64,000 nucleotides of DNA from contig OZ024741.1 of NCBI GenBank assembly GCA_964016885.1, forward strand, positions 389,918,001-389,982,000. The letters are read 5' to 3'. This DNA is from Eledone cirrhosa. Taxonomy: Eukaryota. A model generated the notes under the pieces. That model was not told the origin of the DNA. It saw nothing but the letters and a program-made list of their open reading frames with translations, and did not search any database. Shown here piece by piece: positions 25,935 through 35,347 of the stretch. Made by a program: the position numbers and the translations under genes. Numbering within the stretch: the stretch's first letter is position 1; every line of letters begins with the position of its first letter.

Positions 25935-26722
25935 TCATCATCATCATCAGTTTGCATCTGCTTTTTTCATGCTTACATGAGTTGGATTGGTGCACTCAAA
26001 CACAGCTTACTTGTTGCATACCGTTGTCATTTCCTTTGTAGGGTTCAGGGTTTTGATATCAGTTCTCACCACTTCTACCCAGTCAGCCTCTTCTGCAACT
26101 TCCTTCCACTGCGATTTCTTGACACCTCTTCACCCAATGATCATCATTTATGCACATCACAAGTCCATATCAAGACAATCTTGTCTCTTGCTCACTACAT
26201 ATGATTCCTCTTTTACCCAGTTTTTCTTTCAGTTCATCAATGCTAAGTTGTTCATATACACTCACATTGTGCATCCAAGGGAGCCTGCTGAATTCATTTC
26301 TCTCCAGCCGTAACATACCCTCTGCATTCACTACCATGCAATATTGCACTTTGCACATAGGCAACATACAATATACCCTTTCTTGTCAACAGAGCTAAGT
26401 AATAGTACGCTTATTTTATCCATCATGTTTTTATTCAAGCTACTATGCTTTCAGAGCAACTTCCTCCACTGTTAATGAGATCACCTAGATAGGAAAAGCT
26501 ATTCGCTACTTCTAGGGGAACTTCCTGGGATTAGAAAACATTTATTTCACTAGTGTTCTTACTACCAATTATCCCTGTGTATTTGCTCCTGTTTTACATT
26601 GAATACACCATGTGGAATTCCTACCTACTTCTTTTCTGAAAATTAAGCACAACCATTTCCCGGGTGATATCAGGGTTTTGTCTTCTTTCCTATTTACTAA
26701 AACTTTGGTCTTTGCTAAATTT
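25935..26722 (-). mobile_element. Old RTE LINE 3' fragment
   Basis: Decayed LERNE..WMHN, PHD remnant and KTKV motif; (CAT)n tail on the plus strand. Confidence 0.65.
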
Positions 26723-26764
26723 TAGATACTAGTTACATATATCTGTATATATATATATATATAT

Positions 26765-27387
26765 GATAATAAGGATGCTGCGGAGTTGCAAATGGGTTAC
26801 ATATGAAAAAAGTTTGTCCTTCATCAGTGATCTTCCAACCATCATAGGCATTTCATCGCTTTAAAGACCATATACCTCCGGTTGGTGCGAGCAACGGTTA
26901 AAAAAAGTCGTTGGGACACGTAAATAAAGGGGACGCGAGGGTAAACAAACAAAATGGTGAGGCAACAGAAAGTGAGGAAGGAGGAAACAAGTCCCAGATT
27001 TCTATGAATTTAAGTTCAGTGAAATCGTGAACGAGAGAATAAAGACCATCAAACCTGGTTGAATTTCGCACAGGTCTAACGGGAGGCCCGTTAGACCTGT
27101 GCGAAATTCCTTCCTTGCTCACATTTCAACCAGGTTTGATGGTCTTTATTCTCTCGTTCACGATTTCACCGAACTTAAATTCATAGAAATCTGGGACTTG
27201 TCTCCTTATTCCTCACTTTCTGTTGCCTCACCATTTTGTTTGTTTACCCTCGCGTCCCCTTTATTTACGTGTCCCAACGACTTTTTTTAGCCGTTGCTCG
27301 CACCAACCGGAGGTATATGGTCTTTAAAGCGATGAAATGCCTATGATAGTTGGAAGATCACTGATGAAGGACAAACTTTTTTCATAT
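26765..27387. repeat. ~590-bp fold-back insertion in a TA tract (arms ~26801-27063 and ~27125-27387, nested 23-bp hairpin)
   Basis: The arms are near-perfect reverse complements (mirror ORFs 26898-27122 and 27099-27290). Confidence 0.9.
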
Positions 27388-27639
27388 ATATATATATATG
27401 AGCAAGATACAGTGCAGCCAAATCACCAGACCCTCCCCATAACAGGACCACCCAGTTCCACACAGTAAAGGTGGTTGATATTAGGAAGAACATCCAGCAG
27501 TAAAAAAACATCCAAAATGCAGTCCCCTTGAGCAAGGTATGGCGTGACCAGCTAGCTAGACTTGCCTCATAACGTTGACAACCTGTCTAATCCATGCAAG
27601 CATGGAACATAAGAGGTTAAACAGTGATGACAACCTAGT

Positions 27640-28510
27640 CCTCATAAGCTAAGTCCATAGGAGAGTTAGAAGCAAAATTTCAAGCTTGGAAGAACCTAGA
27701 GCCGAGGGGCCAAAAAGTAAATTTAGCAAAGACAAAAGTTTTAATTAATAGAAAAGAAGACAGGAAGGTGATACCATCAGGAAAGTGTCTTTGTTCGATA
27801 TGTCAGAAAGGGGTTGGCAAAAATTCCATAAGGTGCACATAATTATGGATGCACAAGAGGCTAACAGAAAAGATAGACTTTATATGTGGCAGATACACAA
27901 GGGAAGTAAGCAGAAAGAACATACGTGAAATAGATTCCCTCAGCTACCAGGGATCTCTCTAGAGGTTGTGGACAGCTTTTGCTACCTAGGTGATCAAATT
28001 AGTAGTTGGGGAGGATGCACTGAAAGTGTGATAGCTAGGATAAGAACAGGCTGGAAGAAGTTTAAAGATCTATTACCACTGCTAACAACAAAATGCTTTT
28101 CTCTCAGAGTAAGGGTAGACTGTATGATGCCTGTCTGCGAACGACAATGTTACATGGCAGAAGACCTGTGAAGGCTAGAAAGAAATAAGTAAAGTATGCT
28201 CTGATAGATGTGTAATGTTAGTTTGCATGAGTTACATAGCATAAGCAAATTGAGGAAAATACTTAGCATAAAAGGAATTGGATGTAGTGTGCAAGAGAGA
28301 AGTGTGCATGGAAGATAACAGCTGCATAAAGAAATGCAGAGAACCCCAGTAGCTGGGACTTGTGGAAGAGGCAAACCCAGGAAGACATGGAATGAGGTTG
28401 TGAAAACTGACCTTTAAAAACTAAACCTCACAACAGAAATGACTAAAGACCATGTGGGCTGGTGCTATGCAATGCTGAGGAAGACCCAACTTGCAAACCT
28501 GCAGCATAAA
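27640..28510 (+). mobile_element. Old RTE LINE 3' fragment
   Basis: VDSFCYLGDQISS.GGC.ESVIARIRTGWKKF; decayed PHD; GKPRKTW. Confidence 0.75.
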
Positions 28511-29574
28511 ATGTGACCTGACCTACTTCCATGCCCTCCCCCATTCCTAGAAGCTGCCTCCCTTTCCAATGAAGCGGTTGGTGATAGGAAGAGCATTCAG
28601 ACATGGCAGGAGCTAAACAAACCAAGTGTTGGGAAGACCCTTTAGTCATGTCAAGGACATGACAGACTCCCTAATGTTTGGTGATAAGAAGGACATCCAG
28701 CTATAGAAAGCTTGTCAGAAAAAGGGTTGGGAGGACTCTTCAGCCATGTCAAGGATATGTCAGCCTCCCTAGTGTTTGGTGACCTACACGATAAACACAC
28801 CCAGTGCATGCTGTGATAGGAAGGGCATCCAGCCATAGAAAGCTTGCCAGACAAAAGTTCAGGAGAAACCGCCATTCCTGATCAAGGACATGAGATGTCT
28901 CCCCAGTGTTGGTGACTTACACAATAAATGCACCCAGTACATGTTATAAAGTGGTTGGTAATACCCGCCCACTGCTGATTTCACCATCCAGGTAACAGAA
29001 AGTGTTGACTGTTTATGTAGAACTGTTCGAGCATTTGAAGGAGCAAGTGTTCTGTGGGCACTTGCTACTTACTGCACCTGAGCATCGGCTACATATAAAA
29101 CCTATGTTATTTGATAGCCTGCCTGTGATCCCACTACATCTTTTATGTACCTATAGCTTATAACCACACATATATACACATGACCCCACACACAATCAAA
29201 TCTTACTGATTAGTCTCAGTTCAATGGAATAATTAGTATAACTGAATTTATTTTAATAATTCATACAGCATAGCCAAAGCTTATTAAATAGACTCTTGTC
29301 AAACTGATAGAATCTAATGATGCAACACAACTGTTCAGAGGTGATGTGTTGACTTTCCTAAATGACTGCCATTAATCAATACTATGTAATGATGGGGACG
29401 TTTAATCTACATGTTACACACTAAATACTGGTGGCGAATTTCTGGTCAAACAACTATTTCAATGTGTGCTAACTAATTTTTACTCACCAAATAGGCTTAT
29501 AAATAGATGAAAACTCTGTGCCTGCATTTGTCATTGTATATCCAAATTCATATATGTGTACATATATATATATA

Positions 29575-29702
29575 TTTAATATAGGAATGTCTTCTACAGG
29601 TCTAGAACTGTAGAAGCCATTTCTATATTAAATATTTATACTCTGCTATGTATTGAGTACCTTAGTTACTGTGGGTACCTCCAATTGAACCAGAGATAAA
29701 CT
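29575..29702 (+). mobile_element. Micro fold-back PLE-like remnant (family of 52463 and 55903)
   Basis: Inverted arms 29575-29599 and 29608-29632, plus the tail TTTATACTCTGCTATGTATTGAGTACC..TTACTGTGG; TA flanks. Confidence 0.7.
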
Positions 29703-29710
29703 TATATATG

Positions 29711-29745
<35 letters not shown>

Positions 29746-29829
29746 TTACAAATACAAAACAAAAACAATAACAAAGAGTGCAGTTACGAACAGTGTTGGT
29801 ATTAGGTTCACGCTTTATATATATATATA

Positions 29830-30687
29830 CAGGGTGCGGACGATATTTGTTTGCAAGATTACTGTCTAGGAAAAAAATAACACAGTACTTTTATTTTTTA
29901 AGATATATTTATAAAACTTGGGTCAGTTTGTCTTCATGACTTGTTCTTTCGATCTCACTCGATAAACCCGCCATTGGATTTGATGATGGCCTCAAGGCGG
30001 CCTCCGAACCAGCTACAGGACTTCGTCACTATCCCCCGATTTAGGCCCCTAAAGGCACTTGTGATCCTGGATTCAGATCGTCTTTCGTATTGCAGCTAGA
30101 TCTGTTGGTGTCTCGTTCCACTACGCCCCACACAAAGAAGTCGAGGGGGTTGCAGTCAGGCGAGCTGGGAGGCCAGATGTCAGGTGAAGTGTGGTCGACG
30201 AAGTTGTCTGACAGCTAGGCTTGGGTCTTTCGACGTGTATGGCAGGGCGCTGAGTCTTGCTGCCACACGTACGGCCTACCTCGCTCAGAATGTGGATGAA
30301 GCCATCGGTGTTCAGCTTGAGGCCCTCAGGGAAGAAGTGAGGAGGCATGACATCACCTTGACTGCTGACGACACCTAAGACCAATGTTGTCGCTGGAAAC
30401 TTTGTCTGCATGACTCTGGGCACATCTTTGGATGAGACACCATTCTCCTGCTGACGCTGAGAAAGTCTGAAATTTCCTTATTTGTCCTCCCGGCGCGGAT
30501 TCCAAGAAGAACTCCGTGTCTCTTCCACAAATTTGGAGGTTCAAAATTATTCATAATCAATTATTCTGAAAATAAATAATGGAAATATAGTCACTGTTTT
30601 TATGAAGACAAGAGTGACAATGGAAGTAAAAATAATTTGCATAAAATAAGCAGTTGAAAATTGCGAACAAATATCGTCCACACCCTG
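29830..30687 (-). mobile_element. Internally deleted non-autonomous copy of the DD37D mariner
   Basis: Both 27-bp TIRs (CAGGGTG(C/T)GGACGATATTTGTT(T/C)GCAA) and TA target duplications are present; high similarity to 1-1120 with the central part deleted. Confidence 0.92.
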
Positions 30688-31031
30688 TATAGTAATAAGG
30701 ATATTTATATTTATATATGTTTAATACGGCTGTTACTTAAATATAAGTATGTATACGTACATACATATATGTATACAGACGTACAGTAGTATGTATATAT
30801 ATATACATACATGCACACATATATATATATGTACGTATGGATTTACTGAACATTTATTATAATGTTCGGTTTGTTTGTACTAAGAGTGAGAAATGAAATT
30901 TCGTTTCATTTTTTCCATTTATCATTTTCGGTGCGCCCGGCCGATTAACTCACTCGATATGCAAATTAGGCTACTCAGCCGTTAATATGCATAAGGAAAG
31001 TATATACTTTCAGACGTTCAATCATCTGGCA

Positions 31032-31086
31032 GGAAGGTATACGGTGCTGACGATAGCTAACAAGCTTGAAACTAGTACATCGTTCC
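31032..31086 (+). ncRNA. Type I hammerhead ribozyme with minimal palindromic stem III
   Basis: ACGGTG CTGACGA T AGCT AACA AGCT T GAAA CTAG TA CATCGT. Stem I ACGGTG/CATCGT extends by GGA/TCC across a bulge; predicted cleavage after GUA at 31077. Confidence 0.85.
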
Positions 31087-31382
31087 TTGAATACATTCTT
31101 AGAATATTAGTCTACGACTTCTTTTATACTATAAACGTGGTTTTGTCTTTGTGTGTAATTGTTTTTCACCGCTCCAAATAATGACGTATTATATTCGTTT
31201 TTTCCCGTTCTTTGCCAGGGAACGTTTCCACGAACCAAATTATCATCTTCCTGTCTTCCTCCGGTTGCAACGTTTTTTTGAAATATTCACTTCTGCGTTC
31301 ACAGATTGACTTTGTTAGTTTCAGAAGATCCCGTTAAGGGTGAAAGCAGCGATTCTTTGCTTAAACTTTAATCTGTTATTTT

Positions 31383-31438
<56 letters not shown>

Positions 31439-31662
31439 TTTACGTATCGAGAAAGAGAGAAAAAAAAAAAAAAAAAGGAGGGATAGGTGATACATATAGT
31501 TATTTGCCAAGTAGCGTATGCCAAAGGTGCTCGATACTAGTGCCGGCAGTATTAAATATTCGAAGTGTTAATATTTAGTGGGCTAGAGAGTTAGCAGAGC
31601 GTAAGCACGTGGGAAAGTGAAAAATCGGAGAATAGACCGTTAAAACATGTTTATTTAAAATA

Positions 31663-31702
31663 TCACCTACGTACGTTTCGCCCAGTTGGGCTTCTCAAGG
31701 GC
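31663..31702 (-). ncRNA. Minimal hammerhead ribozyme (U3-A8 variant) in the 3' pLTR
   Basis: Reverse complement of the motif at 35201-35240. Confidence 0.7.
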
Positions 31703-31953
31703 ATAAACAATCACAAGTGTTCCTTATATAGTTCGGAAAGAGTTTTGGGGGTTAAATCCACATCAAGATTCATTGTTCGCAAAAATATCTTGTTTTGATT
31801 TTGCAGCAGGTCAAGGGAGGTAACTTTGGCCGGTGTTAGGGCAGTTTTTCCCGGATAATTTTTGGTATGCAGGGATTGTTTTCTGGGTGTTATTTTGCTG
31901 CGCCTGCCCGCCGGGGTGTTAAGACTTGTTGCAGGGAGATCCAGTGTGCTATT

Positions 31954-34443
31954 TCACTCTTCATTCTTAACCCATCTAAAGAAGGATATTTTTAAGCGAT
32001 GTGTACAACTTATCGCTGTTTCAGCTCTGCTGTTGATGAGCTCGTGGGGTGCAGTTATGATGTGGTAGAGCTCCATGAGGCAAAGATCGCATTTCCTCTT
32101 GAAGTTGTACGGTGCGGCCCTGTCGACAATCTCCCAGTGCGTGGAGAAGCTAATGTTTAAGTCCTTTAGTGATGTGATGTAGTCCGCAAGCGAGGTGGAG
32201 TGCCTTAGTTTTCTATTTGTGAAAGAGTGGAGATGTGTTCGAAACCTAATTTTGAACGGGCCGGAGGTGGCCCCTATATAATGTTTAACGCTATTGTGGC
32301 TAGTAATAGTGCATCTATATATAACCCTATCGGTCAAGCAGTATCCTCTAAGGGGGCACCGTACTCTGTCGCGGCAGTTGCAATTTCTGTCGCTGTTCCG
32401 TCTATTTCCCACGATAAGGCTATCATTGTTGCTGCCTACGTTGCAAGCTGCGCTACCGCAGCTGCCGTTAGCACAATTACAACCCGCAGCACGCGGGATG
32501 GTGCGATTGTTATTCCGCACGCCATGCTTTGCATGCTCCCCAGTCACTTCGCGGTCATTCTGGTTGCGTCTGCGGATGCCGTTGCCAACACTATTGGATG
32601 CTGTCAGGGAGTTGTTAAGGCCGATACAGTTATTGTCAGGTGTAGGTGCGTCTGCGTCGAGGTGCTGTGTCTTGGTGATCTTACTGTGGTTCGTTGTTCC
32701 TATGATGTCTGCTAGGTTAGGAGTAGTAGAGAAGGATATTTTTATATTGTTCCTATTAAGAATTTTTCTATACCTATGGTTGGGTGGGAAGTTCTTCTCT
32801 AAGGCTTCGAAGAATATCCGGGGTATGTTGGAGGCCACACTTCGAGAGTAGGGGGGGTGGAACCATAGGACGTTACGGTGGCGATTACGTGTCCTTGTAC
32901 TTTTGCTACGGGTGGTTCCATCTAAGTGATCGCTCTTATGTGTGTTAATGCGCTGTCGCCCGTTCGGTGCCCCTTTCACTTTATGCTCGGGTGCACTCTT
33001 TCTACCACTTCCATGTTTATGTACACGAAGATGTTGGTTGGAAGGCGATGGTAGTAGGCCGTCGCCTTTGTTGGTTTTGTAATAGGGGAATAGTTTGAGT
33101 AATCTACAGTATTCACCGTCGCCGGGGACGTGATCTTTGGTGCGGTTATCTATTCTATTATATCCGACTTTAACGAGGTCGCCGCGTGATCGGTTATAGG
33201 TATGGCTTACTATAACGTTAGTTTTATGAGGGGGGTGGTTTCTAGAGCTAGCGTTAGGGATGTAGGAAATTCCTCGGTTAAAGCCGGCACTTATCAGGGC
33301 CCTATTGTAGTAATCAGCCGCTTGGTTGAAGATATCCTCATTGGCGGATAGCCTCGAGATTCTATGTGAGATACTATAGACTATGGAGTTGAGAGTCTGC
33401 CTAGGGTGGTTGGAGGCATAATTAATATAAGAGAGGCACTCTCCAGGCTTATGGTATGGCTTGTATAAGCCCGTACTCAACTCCAGGGTCACGTCCAGGA
33501 AGTTGACAACCCTGTGGTTGAGGTCCATAGTTACGGATAGGCCGTATGACTTAAAGAACCTGTGTATATGTTTGTTAAGGTTCTCTATCCTACGGGGGCT
33601 ATGGTTCCTAACGGTAAACAGGGCGTCGTCCCTATATACACCTCCTTGTAGGGCCGGTATTTCTTCCCTAAGCTTATGTAGGAGGTATATCCCAACCAGG
33701 TCAGTTGCTTGCGCTGAGTCGCTGGACCCCATCGTGACATCAAAGTTATCAGGACGGTTGGTTCTGGTCCAGTGGGAGCCTTCGAACTGGATAATGGTTC
33801 TACGTGCCGCTAGAATTATGTCTATTTCTTTTTTGGTGAGGCTAGTGTTAGATCTAGCTAAGATAAGTGCCTTATTTAAGAGTATGGGGGAGATAGAGGC
33901 GTAGTAGCTATCTATATCAAACTGGATGAATTTCAGGGTGGCTTTATCCGTCAACTCGGTGAACCAATTTATGACCTGGTCGGTGTTGCCCCAGAGGCAG
34001 ACCTTAGCCTTTCTATTAAGCTCGAGTAGTACTCTGTCAAGGATCACTTTACTAATCTTACCTATATCTGATGTAGAGGGGCATATAAGTCTAATAGAGG
34101 GGCTTTCATTAAAGTCATATTTGTGATCCTTAAGAGAGAATTTAGGCGTCAGAGGGACGTACGGGTTAGTGTACTTTTCTATTTCTAAGCTGGTGACTAT
34201 ATCCTTCCCTACTCTATTTATGTCATTTAGGGTACTAGAGGGTGTCTTTTTGTAGTCTTTGTGTAGTTCCTTATAGATGAATTTTTTATACTCACTCGCG
34301 TCCATCTTGTACAGCTTTTTGGTTTTGTCGGAGGTGACGAAGAGGTGCGGGTCATTCTTGATCTTAGTTATTAGTGTATCAAGGGACGTTAAGAATGGAT
34401 TGCTGCATTGGTGTTTCTTTCTGAGCTTAACGTTTTTGATCAT
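31954..34443 (-). CDS. PLE reverse transcriptase + GIY-YIG endonuclease (the frame continues upstream to the inversion junction, so the N-terminus is truncated)
   Basis: RT motifs FDIDSYYASI, FDVTMGSSDSA, GVYRDD, VNFLDVT; WFHPPYS; CNC..CPL.G.CL; VIYRC...HYIG...RF..H..SF; CDLCLME. The upstream in-frame sequence reads RYGFKT..PP..FEEDLLKM. Confidence 0.93.
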   Translation of the reverse strand: MIKNVKLRKKHQCSNPFLTSLDTLITKIKNDPHLFVTSDKTKKLYKMDASEYKKFIYKELHKDYKKTPSSTLNDINRVGKDIVTSLEIEKYTNPYVPLTPKFSLKDHKYDFNESPSIRLICPSTSDIGKISKVILDRVLLELNRKAKVCLWGNTDQVINWFTELTDKATLKFIQFDIDSYYASISPILLNKALILARSNTSLTKKEIDIILAARRTIIQFEGSHWTRTNRPDNFDVTMGSSDSAQATDLVGIYLLHKLREEIPALQGGVYRDDALFTVRNHSPRRIENLNKHIHRFFKSYGLSVTMDLNHRVVNFLDVTLELSTGLYKPYHKPGECLSYINYASNHPRQTLNSIVYSISHRISRLSANEDIFNQAADYYNRALISAGFNRGISYIPNASSRNHPPHKTNVIVSHTYNRSRGDLVKVGYNRIDNRTKDHVPGDGEYCRLLKLFPYYKTNKGDGLLPSPSNQHLRVHKHGSGRKSAPEHKVKGAPNGRQRINTHKSDHLDGTTRSKSTRTRNRHRNVLWFHPPYSRSVASNIPRIFFEALEKNFPPNHRYRKILNRNNIKISFSTTPNLADIIGTTNHSKITKTQHLDADAPTPDNNCIGLNNSLTASNSVGNGIRRRNQNDREVTGEHAKHGVRNNNRTIPRAAGCNCANGSCGSAACNVGSNNDSLIVGNRRNSDRNCNCRDRVRCPLRGYCLTDRVIYRCTITSHNSVKHYIGATSGPFKIRFRTHLHSFTNRKLRHSTSLADYITSLKDLNISFSTHWEIVDRAAPYNFKRKCDLCLMELYHIITAPHELINSRAETAISCTHRLKISFFRWVKNEE

Positions 34444-35200
34444 TTTCAGCAGGTCCTCTTCAAAGGAGTCCAGTAAGGTGTTGTGCGGTGGGTTTCGGTA
34501 TGTTTTGAAACCATACCTCTCTTTGGGTTCAGGAAGGTTACGGGTGCCCCCTTAGAGGATACTGCTTGACCGATAGGGTTATATATAGATGCACTATTAC
34601 TAGCCACAATAGCGTTAAACATTATATAGGGGCCACCTCCGGCCCGTTCAAAATTAGGTTTCGAACACATCTCCACTCTTTCACAAATAGAAAACTAAGG
34701 CACTCCACCTCGCTCGCGGACTACATCACATCACTAAAGGACTTAAACATTAGCTTCTCCACGCACTGGGAGATTGTCGACAGGGCCGCACCGTACAACT
34801 TCAAGAGGAAATGCGATCTTTGCCTCATGGAGCTCTACCACATCATAACTGCACCCCACGAGCTCATCAACAGCAGAGCTGAAACAGCGATAGGTTGTAC
34901 ACATCGCTTAAAAATATCCTTCTTTAGATGGGTTAAGAATGAAGAGTGAAATAGCACACTGGATCTCCCTGCAACAAGTCTTAACACCCCGGCGGGCAGG
35001 CGCAGCAAAATAACACCCAGAAAACAATCCCTGCATACCAAAAATTATCCGGGAAAGACTGCCCTAACACCGGCCAAAGTTACTTCCCTTGACCTGCTGC
35101 AAAATCAAAACAAGATATTTTTGCGAACAATGAATCTTGATGTGGATTTAACCCCCAAAACTCTTTCCGAACTATATAAGGAACACTTGTGATTGTTTAT

Positions 35201-35240
35201 GCCCTTGAGAAGCCCAACTGGGCGAAACGTACGTAGGTGA
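35201..35240 (+). ncRNA. Minimal hammerhead ribozyme (U3-A8 variant) in the inverted pLTR
   Basis: GCCC TTGAGAA GCCC AACT GGGC GAAA CGTACG TA GG: 4-bp stem II, palindromic ACGTACGT stem III, GUA site, very short stem I; AATAAA follows at 35248. Confidence 0.7.
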
Positions 35241-35294
35241 TATTTTAAATAAACATGTTTTAACGGTCTATTCTCCGATTTTTCACTTTCCCAC

Positions 35295-35347
<53 letters not shown>

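Larger units (their letters stand above)
31436..35296 (-). mobile_element. Penelope-like retroelement (Naiad type) with inverted 5' pseudo-LTR and 3' tail, inserted in (TA)n
   Basis: Intact 829-aa ORF; 754-bp inverted repeat 31607-32360 / 34543-35296; ~170-bp tail 31436-31606; long (TA)n on both sides. Confidence 0.93.

Noticed and set aside
31954-34443. Selenoprotein-type Naiad ORF (in-frame UGA)
   Set aside because: The ORF has no internal stop. The only TGA is terminal, after the conserved C-terminal motif, and no SECIS was recognised.
32227-34555. Antisense ORFs within the PLE (e.g. 32294-32851, 33461-33904)
   Set aside because: Shadow frames of the RT-EN ORF, with no recognisable motifs.
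34566-34949. Stand-alone GIY-YIG nuclease gene
   Set aside because: It is the inverted pLTR duplicate of the ORF's 3' end, starting at a non-ATG codon.
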